DNA from: Armatimonadota bacterium
GTDB taxonomy: Bacteria > Armatimonadota > UBA5829 > DSUL01
Assembly (NCBI GenBank): GCA_039811685.1
Contig: JBDHZC010000003.1
Coordinates: 224,001 to 288,000 of the forward strand
DNA length: 64,000 nucleotides
Direction: 5' to 3'
In this document: positions 1-9,296 of the stretch, in pieces
Numbering within the stretch: position 1 is the stretch's first letter
Layout of the letters: every line of letters starts with the position of its first letter
Translations under genes and position numbers: made by a program
The notes under the pieces: generated by a model
What the model was told of the DNA's origin: nothing
Database searches by the model: none
The model's input: only the letters and a program-made list of their open reading frames with translations

Positions 1-359
1 AGGAAATGCCACGCCGCGCACCGTCTTTGCTGAAGAACCGCTCATACGTGAGTGCGCCGGACCAGCGGCGTATCCCTTCGCTCGATGCAGTTCAAAACCA
101 CGCCTTCCGCCGTATCCGCAGCATCTGAGAGGTTCACTGCCTGACATCTTTTTGGCAACAGATGAATGATGTCTAAAACCAAATCTATGCGGGTAACTCT
201 CTAGTGAAGGCCGGTCTGGAACGAAGGCAACTCGAAATATCGCGATTATTTTGATTACTTTACGAGTCGCTTCACTGGTGTTCTTGAAGGCCGGCAGGCG
301 ACGTTTTTTGCGCTGATATAAATGGGCGCAAGAATCGAAATGACAGGGAGGTAAATACA

Positions 360-806
360 ATGACTCCAGATACTGTTCAAGGCGGAAACTCTCCGGCAAC
401 GGGGACAGAGGCGATGCATCCGTGGCAGCGCTGGCAAGACTGGGTGAACCTGTTCATAGGCATTTGGCTATTTGTCGCTACATGGGTGCTGAGCGCATCT
501 GTCGCGAAAGGCTCGGCGCAGAGCGCGGCGGCATGGAACTCGGGTGTCCTCGGGATTATCGTATTTGTCCTGGCGCTCTGGTCCCTTGCGGCGCCCCGAG
601 CTATGGTGGCTGAATGGATAAACGTGATAGCCGGAATCTGGCTGTTTATCGCGCCGTGGGCGCTGGCTTTTCACGCGATTGCGACAGCGGCTGCGTGGAA
701 CCAGTGGGTGTTCGGTATCATCACGTTCATTCTAGCGCTATCCGTAGCATTGACAACGCATTCTCTGAGCGGAACAGCGGGGACCCATGCGCCGCACGCA
801 ACCTGA
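360..806 (+). CDS. SPW-repeat integral membrane protein
   Basis: 148 aa; two repeats WQDWVNLFIGIWLFVATW and EWINVIAGIWLFIAPW, each followed by AAAWN; four hydrophobic helices; SD GGGAGG upstream. Confidence 0.85.
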   Translation: MTPDTVQGGNSPATGTEAMHPWQRWQDWVNLFIGIWLFVATWVLSASVAKGSAQSAAAWNSGVLGIIVFVLALWSLAAPRAMVAEWINVIAGIWLFIAPWALAFHAIATAAAWNQWVFGIITFILALSVALTTHSLSGTAGTHAPHAT

Positions 807-870
807 TGTCATCTGAAACGCAACGACTAAAGTCATACGTGAAAGGATGATTCGATTGCAGATTTGTCGC

Positions 871-908
871 AGCCGGATGGCCTCACAAAAAGGGCCTCCG
901 GCTTTTTT
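871..908 (+). terminator. Intrinsic terminator after the SPW gene
   Basis: AGCCGGA-TGGCCT...AGGGCC-TCCGGCT hairpin followed by a T run. Confidence 0.75.
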
Positions 909-1010
909 GCGTCTGCTGAGGTCCGGGACGCTCTGCAACCTCGGGTTGATGTGGCCATCCATGCAGTGGTTCCGTGCCTGACCACGGATATGTGTCATGT
1001 GGCCACAGCC

Positions 1011-1712
1011 TCAGGCAGGGCAGACGTAAATATCCCTGGCGATGTCTTTGTCAACGGCAACGTCGGTCTCACCGACGCGCAACACGTAGGACGGGCGCTT
1101 CTGATGCAGCCACATTTCAGTGTCAGGGGTAATGCCCAGCACCGCCAGGCGATCCAACCGGCCGTTGCGCCCGGATGTGATGAACGTAATGCGGTAGGAT
1201 TTGCCCACGACAGCGTCTGAGAGCGGGACCACAAGCGGGGAGATGTCGCGCGTCACTTTCTGACAGCAGCGGCCGCGTGGAATCGGTCTCCCGTGCGGAC
1301 ACGTTGGCGGGTGCCCGAGAAAAGCGCAGATGTGGTCCGCGACAGCCGGGCTCAACGCGTGCTCAAGCTGACAGATTGTGTCTTGCTCTGCCTCCACGTC
1401 AATATTCATAGCCTGGCTGAGCAAAGCTTCGGCAAGGCGATGGCTGCGGATGAGTTGCTCCGCTCTTTTTGACCCCTTGCCAGTAAGTACAACGTTTCCG
1501 TTGCGGCGCTCGGCGACACCAGCTTCCAGCAGATCGGGCAGACACTCACAGATAGTCTTGACGACACTGTGATCGGCCGCAGGTCTGTCCTGATGCCCTT
1601 CGCACGAGGCCGTGGGGATGGATTCGTTATCGTGGCTTTCCGCCAGTACGTCGAGTCCGTCTTCTTCAGCCATCCAGAGCTGTTCCAGCAAATGGTCTAT
1701 ATGTGTGTTCAT
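1011..1712 (-). CDS. DtxR/MntR/IdeR-family metal-dependent regulator with C-terminal FeoA (SH3-like) domain
   Basis: HRLAEALL, CQLEH and GHPPTCPHGRPIP metal/dimerisation motifs; C-terminal RLAVLGITPD FeoA-like segment; last gene of the feoB operon. Confidence 0.85.
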   Translation of the reverse strand: MNTHIDHLLEQLWMAEEDGLDVLAESHDNESIPTASCEGHQDRPAADHSVVKTICECLPDLLEAGVAERRNGNVVLTGKGSKRAEQLIRSHRLAEALLSQAMNIDVEAEQDTICQLEHALSPAVADHICAFLGHPPTCPHGRPIPRGRCCQKVTRDISPLVVPLSDAVVGKSYRITFITSGRNGRLDRLAVLGITPDTEMWLHQKRPSYVLRVGETDVAVDKDIARDIYVCPA

Positions 1713-1918
1713 CAGTGCTTGCCCGGCCTTATCCGCGCGGCCAGTCCGGAAAATATCTCCATGACTGTCGATTTCATTTTAATCTCTATGCCGCAATTTG
1801 GACAGCAGGATACCCCCAGTCCTGCATGATGCATCTTCATAGGACAACGGTCGCACTTACTGAGCAATTCCTCTTCAGAGTATTCGTATCCACAAAAGTG
1901 GCAGGTTGAGGTTTTCAT
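1712..1918 (-). CDS. Small Cys-rich protein (68 aa), probable Zn-ribbon or Fe-S protein
   Basis: MKTSTCHFCG...KCDRCP...SCCPNCG; ATG overlaps the feoB stop (ATGA) and its stop overlaps the next ATG. Confidence 0.75.
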   Translation of the reverse strand: MKTSTCHFCGYEYSEEELLSKCDRCPMKMHHAGLGVSCCPNCGIEIKMKSTVMEIFSGLAARIRPGKH

Positions 1919-3864
1919 ATCAGCCCCGAGTTCAACAGCAGGCGTACGATCCCGCCAACAATAAACGACAGTGGAACGATAAAGGCCGCCTGCGCAAACG
2001 CGGTCTTCCAGCCTCGCTCCTTGCCCATCACGATAAAGTTGGCGACACACGGGATAAACAGCGTAATCGTCACCAGTCCCACCAGAACGTCCGATTCGTT
2101 CAACAGATGGTGGCGATACATGTCCAGCAGCCCCGCTCCGCCGTAGTCGCGCCGCAAAAAGCCCATGATAAAGACTTTTGTCGCTGAAGCCGGCAGGCCA
2201 AGCATTCCGGTTACAAACGGGCGCCCCGCCATATCGAGAAATCTCAGAACGTGCAACTTGTCGAGCGTGAACAGAATCAGCGTTCCCAGGATGAACAGCG
2301 GGACGGCTTCCTTGAGATACCATTCCGTTCTTGCCAGAGTCTTGGACATGATGTTGCCGATTTTGGGAAGGCGGATGGGTGGCACTTCCAGGATGAAGTC
2401 CGACCCGCGGCCCGGCATCAGCTTGCCTGCGATAAAACCGACTGCGAGCATGACCAGCCCGACGACTGATCCCCAGATGAAAAATCCGCGCGTGTTGCCC
2501 TCCAAAAGAGCCGAGACAACCGCGAGCTGAGCCGAGCATGGCACACCAAGCGCCAGCAACAGAGTCACCAGCGTGCGTTCTCGCCGGGTTTCCAGAACTC
2601 GGGTGGTCAGCGTCGCCATCGTGTCACAACCGAGCCCCAGCACCATCGGTAACACGGCCTTGCCATTCAGCCCCATAGCCCTGAATATGTCGTTTACCAT
2701 TACCGCCAGCCGCGGCAGGTAGCCCGAATCTTCAAGCGCGCTGAAGGCGATGAAGAAGGTAAACACCACAGGCATCACGATGGCCACGCCGTACGTCACA
2801 GCCATGGTGATGATCCCGTACTCCCCGACAAACAAGTCCCTCACGATTGGGAACGGCACATGGGCGAAGGCCGATCGCGCCGCCGGGTTGATATATCCGT
2901 TGAAGAGCACCCCTTCAACCCAGTCCACAAGTGTTCCCGCACCCAGCACTCCGACAAATTTGTACGTCAGGAACAAAGTCATGGCCAGGAACGGAAGTCC
3001 CCAGATCGGGTGCATGGACACACGGCCCAGCCACGCCGCCACGGGGCCTTCCGAGCCTTCCGTGCGCTCCGTCACCTTGTTGTATATGCGGTTGACCTGG
3101 TGCATACGGTGACGCGTAATGATCTGGCTGAGTGGCAGGAGAAAAGCTCGCTCCGTCCCTGCGCGAATTTCCTCGATTGTCGCAAGGTCGTCCGCAGGGA
3201 TCTTCGCGCGCAACCAGTCTGCGATCGTCGGGTCTCCCGAGAGCGCCATCAGCGCGATCCCTCGTTGCGCCGAAGTCTGTGGGAGCAGCGGGCATATTTT
3301 CTCTACCGCCCGCTCTATCAACTCCGGAAATTCAGTTTCGGCCGTGAACGCTCTGGGACTTCCGAGAGCTTTGATCAGAGCCTCAACACCCGTCTTCTGA
3401 ATAGCCACTGTCGGAACTACAGGCGCTCCAAGCTCGACGGAAAGCTGATGGGCGTCTATGTGAATGCCGCGAGCGTAAGCCTCATCCGACATGTTGAGCG
3501 CAAGAACCGCGGGTACCCCCATCTCCGCAAGCTGCAGCGTCACAGCCAGCACGCGTTTGAGGTTCTTCGCGTCTCCCACCTGCAGCACGGCGCCGGGCGG
3601 ATGATCCAGCAGCAAATCTCGCGTTACGCGCTCGTCTTCCGACATAGGCGTCAGGCTGTTAGTGCCAGGGGTGTCAATGATTGTCTGGCGCGCTCCGTTG
3701 AGAGTGGCGGACCCTTTCAGTATTTCAACGGTTGTGCCAGGATAGTTTGAGACGGTGACGTAGGTACCGGTTAGAATACCGAAAAGTACACTCTTGCCTG
3801 TGTTGGGATTCCCAACCAGGCAGATCGACTTCTCAAGAGAGGATTGTGGGGCTTGGACGGCCAT
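1915..3864 (-). CDS. feoB: Ferrous iron transporter B
   Basis: G1 GNPNTGKS, NYPGTTVE, DTPG and NMSD GTPase motifs; membrane domain LEDSGYLPR, GLGC, PCSA; start placed at the ATG downstream of GGAG. Confidence 0.95.
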   Translation of the reverse strand: MAVQAPQSSLEKSICLVGNPNTGKSVLFGILTGTYVTVSNYPGTTVEILKGSATLNGARQTIIDTPGTNSLTPMSEDERVTRDLLLDHPPGAVLQVGDAKNLKRVLAVTLQLAEMGVPAVLALNMSDEAYARGIHIDAHQLSVELGAPVVPTVAIQKTGVEALIKALGSPRAFTAETEFPELIERAVEKICPLLPQTSAQRGIALMALSGDPTIADWLRAKIPADDLATIEEIRAGTERAFLLPLSQIITRHRMHQVNRIYNKVTERTEGSEGPVAAWLGRVSMHPIWGLPFLAMTLFLTYKFVGVLGAGTLVDWVEGVLFNGYINPAARSAFAHVPFPIVRDLFVGEYGIITMAVTYGVAIVMPVVFTFFIAFSALEDSGYLPRLAVMVNDIFRAMGLNGKAVLPMVLGLGCDTMATLTTRVLETRRERTLVTLLLALGVPCSAQLAVVSALLEGNTRGFFIWGSVVGLVMLAVGFIAGKLMPGRGSDFILEVPPIRLPKIGNIMSKTLARTEWYLKEAVPLFILGTLILFTLDKLHVLRFLDMAGRPFVTGMLGLPASATKVFIMGFLRRDYGGAGLLDMYRHHLLNESDVLVGLVTITLFIPCVANFIVMGKERGWKTAFAQAAFIVPLSFIVGGIVRLLLNSGLI

Positions 3865-3941
3865 TGAGTTTGCTCCAGTTGCCACCGAGTGGCGACTACT
3901 GCCCAAAAATAAATGGTTGCCGGAGCAACCATGCCTCTATC

Positions 3942-3971
3942 ATTCTATTCCTTCCTTTACAGCGCTGTCAA
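3942..3971 (-). promoter_or_regulatory. sigma70-type promoter of the feoB operon
   Basis: Minus strand TTGACA-N18-TAGAAT. Confidence 0.6.
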
Positions 3972-4089
3972 TGAGCGAAATCACGGCCTTACATAGTGCC
4001 GTCGCCGGATAGACATCGAAGGAGCAGGAATGGGACGACCTCACAGCCGAACATGCACACGACTACACCGTGGATGAATCCCCACTAAA

Positions 4090-4905
4090 ATGACGTCAAA
4101 AGACTTAGCACAGTTCCGCGCGGGCCAGGCGCAGTTCGGAAAGGTCGCCGCCATATACGACGACCTCATGTCTGGAATTTCTTACGATCTCTGGTTGCGT
4201 TATGTGAAGCAGTTGTGGCTGCGGCACGGGCAATCTCCTCACACTGTCCTGGACGTCGCTTGTGGCACAGGCAATATGAGCTATCTTCTCGCGCAGGACG
4301 GGTACGAAGTCGTGGGAATAGACTCCTCCGGCGGAATGATTGATCAGGCGTGGGCCAAAGCCCGGAACAAGACGCTTCCCGTTGACCAGAGCAATCCAGC
4401 CTTCTACTGCCAGAACGCTGCCGCCATTGATCTGGATCAGCGCTTTGACGCCGCTATTTCATTGTTTGACAGTCTCAATTACCTGCTGGAGTACGAGGAC
4501 TTGCGGCGATGTTTTGCTGGCGTTGCGCGCTGCCTGAGTCCCGGAAGCACGTTCATTTTTGATGTAAACACCCGCTATGCGCTTTCGCACCGCTTCTTTG
4601 ATCAGGACAATATGCAGATCGGGTGCTTCCCGTTGTACAAATGGAGAAGCCAGTGGGATGAGCAGACTGGCGTGTGCACAATAGACATGGAGTTCCACGC
4701 GCTTACGGATGCAGGTGTTGAAGTGTTTTGCGAGACCCATCGCCAGCGCGGCTACTCAGTAGAAGAGCTGAAGAGCGCTCTGCTTGAAGCGGGATTTCTG
4801 GAGACTGAGTTTCTGCAGGCCTTCACATTCAAAGCTCCGCGCGCAAAAACAGACCGTCTCTACGTTGTGGCCAAACTTCCTGGCAGCGAGCGGGGGAGGA
4901 TTTGA
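4090..4905 (+). CDS. Class I SAM-dependent methyltransferase
   Basis: VLDVACGTG motif I; FDSLNYL; PGSTFIFD. Confidence 0.9.
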   Translation: MTSKDLAQFRAGQAQFGKVAAIYDDLMSGISYDLWLRYVKQLWLRHGQSPHTVLDVACGTGNMSYLLAQDGYEVVGIDSSGGMIDQAWAKARNKTLPVDQSNPAFYCQNAAAIDLDQRFDAAISLFDSLNYLLEYEDLRRCFAGVARCLSPGSTFIFDVNTRYALSHRFFDQDNMQIGCFPLYKWRSQWDEQTGVCTIDMEFHALTDAGVEVFCETHRQRGYSVEELKSALLEAGFLETEFLQAFTFKAPRAKTDRLYVVAKLPGSERGRI

Positions 4906-4988
4906 GCGCTGTAGAGTGAAACTCTGCCGCAGCGAGATTGTGTCAGCACAGAACTGACCGCCTCTGCTGAGCAAGGAGACTTCATCTC

Positions 4989-6356
4989 ATGGCCCAAGGC
5001 CTCATCTCTCCGCCGAAGGAGACCTCGAACCTCCGCTGGTTCCAGGGAGTAAGCTCATACGCGTGGCTTGTACTGATTGTCTGCGCTCTGGGCTGGCTGT
5101 TCGACTGTATGGACGGCAACCTCTTCACCCTCGTACGCCAGAAATCTCTCAACGATCTGCTGCAGCCTCATTACGCCACAGAAGCAACTTTGAACGAAGC
5201 TGTCAATCGAATCGGTGGCATCATCACGTCTGTGTTCCTTCTTGGCTGGGCAGCAGGTGGATTTATCTTTGGCGTCCTCGGGGACAAACTCGGACGCACG
5301 CGCACTATGATGATCACAATTCTGGTGTATGCGGGCTTCACGGGTCTTAATGCGCTGGTTCACGAACCCTGGCAGTATGCCGCGTGCAGATTTCTGACCG
5401 CTCTGGGCATCGGTGGAGAATTTGCTGCGGGAGCGGCGCTCGTCGCTGAAGTCTGGCCGGCGCGCTCTCGTCCGATGGCGCTGGGGACGCTTCAGGCGCT
5501 TTCTGCGGTCGGCAATATCATGGCGGCTGTTATCACCTATGTGCTGGCAGGTATCACGTGGCGATGGGTATTTGTGATTGGGGCGCTGCCTGCTCTCATG
5601 GTGCTGATAGTGCGACTGTACATGAAGGAGCCAGAGGCGTGGACAAAGGCGGAGCAGCAGGCCAAAGCCTCCGGTACACCGCGCGAACTCGGCAACATGG
5701 CGGATCTCTTTCGTGATCCGGTCCTGCGGCGCAACACGATCGCCGGTATCCTCATTGGCATTGCGGGAGTGGGCGGTCTGTGGGGCGTAGTCTTCTTTAT
5801 GCCGGACTTTCTTGGCAGAGTTCTCGCGCCGGCGGCAGCTCATTTATCTGATAGCGCCGCAAAAAAACAGCTTCAGGAGTGGCGGAGTCAAGCTTTCTTT
5901 GTCCAACAGGTCGGAGCGTTGCTGGGCATGTTTGCTTACGCTGCGCTCAGCGAGCGAATGGGGCGCAGGCCTTCTCTCGCGCTGTTTTTTGGCGCCGTGA
6001 TCGTCGTCGTTCTCGGTTCATTCTGGAATATCCGGGATATCACGGGTGCAATGATCTGGTCTTTCTTTCTGGGCTTCTGCGCGCTTGCGCCCTTCAGTGC
6101 TTTCGCTGTGTATTTTCCGGAGCTGTTTCCGACCCGGCTGCGCGCGACAGGTGTGGGAATGTGTTACAACTCCGCGCGTGTCATCTCTGCGCTGGCGCCT
6201 TCGGCGCTGGGTTTTCTGGCGTCCTTGTGGAAAAGCCCGACTGACCCTGCGTTCGGGTTTAGAGTGGCAGCCAGCATTGTGGCATCCGTCTATCTGATTG
6301 GCTTCATCGGGCTGGCTATCGGTCCCGAGACACGCGGAAAACCTTTGCCTGAGTAG
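4989..6356 (+). CDS. MFS transporter (sugar or organic acid type)
   Basis: GVLGDKLGRTR motif A, GIGGEF, ELFPTRLRATG, PETRGKPL; about 12 TM segments. Confidence 0.92.
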   Translation: MAQGLISPPKETSNLRWFQGVSSYAWLVLIVCALGWLFDCMDGNLFTLVRQKSLNDLLQPHYATEATLNEAVNRIGGIITSVFLLGWAAGGFIFGVLGDKLGRTRTMMITILVYAGFTGLNALVHEPWQYAACRFLTALGIGGEFAAGAALVAEVWPARSRPMALGTLQALSAVGNIMAAVITYVLAGITWRWVFVIGALPALMVLIVRLYMKEPEAWTKAEQQAKASGTPRELGNMADLFRDPVLRRNTIAGILIGIAGVGGLWGVVFFMPDFLGRVLAPAAAHLSDSAAKKQLQEWRSQAFFVQQVGALLGMFAYAALSERMGRRPSLALFFGAVIVVVLGSFWNIRDITGAMIWSFFLGFCALAPFSAFAVYFPELFPTRLRATGVGMCYNSARVISALAPSALGFLASLWKSPTDPAFGFRVAASIVASVYLIGFIGLAIGPETRGKPLPE

Positions 6357-6406
6357 GTCCGAAAACATCCCGGTACTGTGGGTCTCCAATGGAAACAGGA
6401 GGGACC

Positions 6407-7303
6407 ATGACCGCAAAGACGCTCAACTTGTCACTCGCAACCTGCCGCTGGGCTACGCTCACAGCGCTTGCCGGCGCTGTTGCTCTCTCCACACTTGCGG
6501 CACGGCAGTCTGCCTGGGCGGCGCCCTCTGCCAGTGATGTCCCTGCCAGTCGCTCGATAATCGAACTGGACTCTTTTCTCAGGAACGCTCAGGACAATGC
6601 CGGTGACCAGACACACGCCGAGTTGTGGACGCTGCTGGACTCTTGTCAGCAGCGTCCGGACAGTATCACAGACAGCTATGACCGCGCTCGTCTGGGGTCG
6701 GCGATCAGCGCCTGCAACCGCAAGAGTGATTTTGACCGGCTCCTGAGACTCTACGACGCGGAACCTTCCGCCTACTCCAGGCTGACTGTGTTTCTGCGCC
6801 CGCTGTCAAGCTTCTGGATTTCGCGCACTCTGGCCTCGGCTCCCATCGCTCGCAGTAGCTGGCCGCCATTGGGTTCATCTCTGCCCGAAATGCCCTCGAG
6901 TGTCGGGCAGATGTCAGAATATATCCAGACTTGCTGGCCGGAATTTCAGGCTGTCAGGCTTGCGGCTCTGACTGTTGAGTTGCCTCCGGAAGTCACAGAG
7001 TGGAGCAATCCCGTTAGTGTGTCGCTGTGGCGCGACTATCATCCAGACAGGCTTCAGGGGAAGCTGGTATTCGGCCAGCAAGATTTCATGCTGGCCGATC
7101 CTGTAGAGTTGCGCTCCAGAGAGCCGAGATTTCCTCAGGTTGGACGGGGCGTCTACCGAGTTGAGGTGCATATCCCTGGCGGGCATATGTGGATGGCAAG
7201 GGGCGTAGTCATGGACGGGCGCGATCAGACAGTGACGTTGCGGGATACTGGTCGGGAGGCCACTGCGCCAATTGTTCGAGGAAAAAAGAATAGCGCCGGA
7301 TGA
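6407..7303 (+). CDS. Hypothetical exported protein
   Basis: N-terminal hydrophobic stretch ending AWA; SD AGGAGG; stop overlaps the next start; no family recognised. Confidence 0.55.
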   Translation: MTAKTLNLSLATCRWATLTALAGAVALSTLAARQSAWAAPSASDVPASRSIIELDSFLRNAQDNAGDQTHAELWTLLDSCQQRPDSITDSYDRARLGSAISACNRKSDFDRLLRLYDAEPSAYSRLTVFLRPLSSFWISRTLASAPIARSSWPPLGSSLPEMPSSVGQMSEYIQTCWPEFQAVRLAALTVELPPEVTEWSNPVSVSLWRDYHPDRLQGKLVFGQQDFMLADPVELRSREPRFPQVGRGVYRVEVHIPGGHMWMARGVVMDGRDQTVTLRDTGREATAPIVRGKKNSAG

Positions 7304-8226
7304 TGACCCGGCGTGATCTGGTTCGCGCGTCGTGTGCGTCGCTGGCAGCTCTGTTCCTGCGCGGCGCGTCCGCATCCGCCGCAACCTCTGCCACGCGGGA
7401 ACAGAACGGCCCGCAGAGAGATCTCCCTGCTATGAAACTGGGACTTGTTACGTACAATCTTGCGGCCGGTTGGGACCTCCCGATGGTGATCAACCGCTGC
7501 AGGCAGACTGGCTATCAGGGCGTCGAGCTTCGAACCACTCACGCCCACGGTGTAGAGCCGGATATTAGCGTGACCCGCCGGAAAGAAGTCCGCCAGATGT
7601 TTGCGGAGTCCGGCCTCACCCTCTGGGGCCTTGGCACAGCCTGTGAGTTCCATCGCGACAATCCCGCTCTCCTGCGAGAGAATATCGAGCTTACCAAGCG
7701 CTTCTGCGAACTTGCGAGAGATGTCGGAGCGCGCGGCGTGAAAGTCCGGCCGAATGGGCTTGTTGAGGGTGTTGCGGAAGACAGGACTCTGAAGCAGATT
7801 GCCAACGCCCTGAAGGAGTGCGGCGACGCTGGAGGCGACAACGGCGTGGAGATATGGGTGGAGATGCACGGCGCTCAGACTCAGGAACCGCGCAGGATGC
7901 GCAGAATAATGGATCTCACAGCCCATCCGAACGTCGGTGTGACCTGGAACTCAAACCCTGTGGATGTCACAGACGGCAGCGTCAGGGACAGCTTTTTGTT
8001 GATGAAAGACTTCATTCGCTCTGTCCACATCAACGAGTTGACCAGTGGCTACCCATGGCGCGAACTTTTTTCGCTGCTCAAAGGCGTTGGCTACAACCGC
8101 TTCACCCTGCAGGAGATTCAGGGCATCGAGTCCTGCTCCTCCGAGCAGGACATTCTGCGGTTTATGAGATATTACAGAAGTCTTTGGGAAGAGCTGAGCC
8201 GCTCATCCGCTTCGATAGAGAAATGA
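7300..8226 (+). CDS. Tat-exported sugar phosphate isomerase/epimerase (xylose-isomerase-like TIM barrel)
   Basis: TRRDLV Tat-like leader; GYQGVEL, VEMHG, SVHINE. Confidence 0.85.
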   Translation: MMTRRDLVRASCASLAALFLRGASASAATSATREQNGPQRDLPAMKLGLVTYNLAAGWDLPMVINRCRQTGYQGVELRTTHAHGVEPDISVTRRKEVRQMFAESGLTLWGLGTACEFHRDNPALLRENIELTKRFCELARDVGARGVKVRPNGLVEGVAEDRTLKQIANALKECGDAGGDNGVEIWVEMHGAQTQEPRRMRRIMDLTAHPNVGVTWNSNPVDVTDGSVRDSFLLMKDFIRSVHINELTSGYPWRELFSLLKGVGYNRFTLQEIQGIESCSSEQDILRFMRYYRSLWEELSRSSASIEK

Positions 8227-8236
8227 GAGTAGTAAC

Positions 8237-9151
8237 GTGAAATCTGAGAAAATCGGCCGCCGGACTTTGCTGAAAGGCGCGCTCGGAGCAGGCGCCGGTC
8301 TTGTTATGGGGTCCTCAGCGCATGCCATAGCGCCAATCAAGCGCCCTGACTCAGGTCCAGGGAGGCTGAGGCTCAGTTGTGCAGCATACAGCTTCCGGTA
8401 TCAGCTTCAGGGGCAGGACTCGGCCCATCCGATGACTATGCTGGAGTTCATCTCCAATTGCGCTAAATGGGGATGTGACGCAGTGGAGCTGACCTCATAC
8501 TACTTCGATGATCCGCCTACTGACGCTTATGTGCTCTCTTTGAAGAAGGCCGCTTTTCTGCACGGGCTGGACGTTTCCGGAATGCCGATAGGAACCAATT
8601 ACTGTAGCGCAGATCCGGCTGAGCGCGCTGCGCAGATTGCGCACACCAAGAAGTGGATTGATCGCGCCGCGCTTTTGGGGGCGCCCTGCATCCGCGTCTT
8701 TGCCGGTGGAGACGCCAAGGGCAACATCGAAGAGCAGCGAAAGTGGTGCGTGGATGCTCTCAACGAGTGTCTCGAGGCGGCAGGGAAGGTCGGTATCTAT
8801 CTTGCGATGGAGAACCATGGTGGCATTGTCGCCGGGCCGGATGAGCTTCTTACGCTCGTGAAGATGGTTGATTCTGAGTGGTTCGGGGTCAATCTGGACA
8901 CGGGAAACTTCCACACCGACGATCCGTACAGGGATGTCGCTAGGGTTGCACCGTATGCGGTTGTCGCTCAGGTGAAAACCGAAGTGGTGCAGGGTGGCAA
9001 GCGTCAGGATGCGGATTTGGGCAGGATGATGAAGATTTTGCGTGACTCTGGTTACCACGGTTATGTCGCACTCGAGTACGAAGCTGCTGCGCCCGCCCTC
9101 GAAGCGGTGCCGAAGCATCTGGCGGATCTTCGACGTCTGATTCAAGACTAG
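8237..9151 (+). CDS. Tat-exported sugar phosphate isomerase/epimerase (TIM barrel)
   Basis: GRRTLLKG Tat leader; AMENHGG, NLDTGNF, GYHGYVALEYE. Confidence 0.88.
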   Translation: MKSEKIGRRTLLKGALGAGAGLVMGSSAHAIAPIKRPDSGPGRLRLSCAAYSFRYQLQGQDSAHPMTMLEFISNCAKWGCDAVELTSYYFDDPPTDAYVLSLKKAAFLHGLDVSGMPIGTNYCSADPAERAAQIAHTKKWIDRAALLGAPCIRVFAGGDAKGNIEEQRKWCVDALNECLEAAGKVGIYLAMENHGGIVAGPDELLTLVKMVDSEWFGVNLDTGNFHTDDPYRDVARVAPYAVVAQVKTEVVQGGKRQDADLGRMMKILRDSGYHGYVALEYEAAAPALEAVPKHLADLRRLIQD

Positions 9152-9296
9152 CTGGAGTCCGGTCCTTTTCACTGCGCCGCGCGTCGTCCGGGCAGGGAAT
9201 CTATCATCTCGCGTCCAATGTATGCTCGGAACCTCTGGCCGGGTAGCCCACCCAACGCGCAAGGCTACGGCGGCCGAGCAGATAGGAACCTTTTGT

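Noticed and set aside
1..147. Minus-strand reading frame running off the left edge (MSGSEPLRCCG...)
   Set aside because: Only 49 codons visible, no clear RBS or recognisable motif
1919..2539. N-terminal part of the 275-aa ORF 1712-2539
   Set aside because: Out-of-frame overlap with feoB; only the last 68 codons have a plausible coupled start
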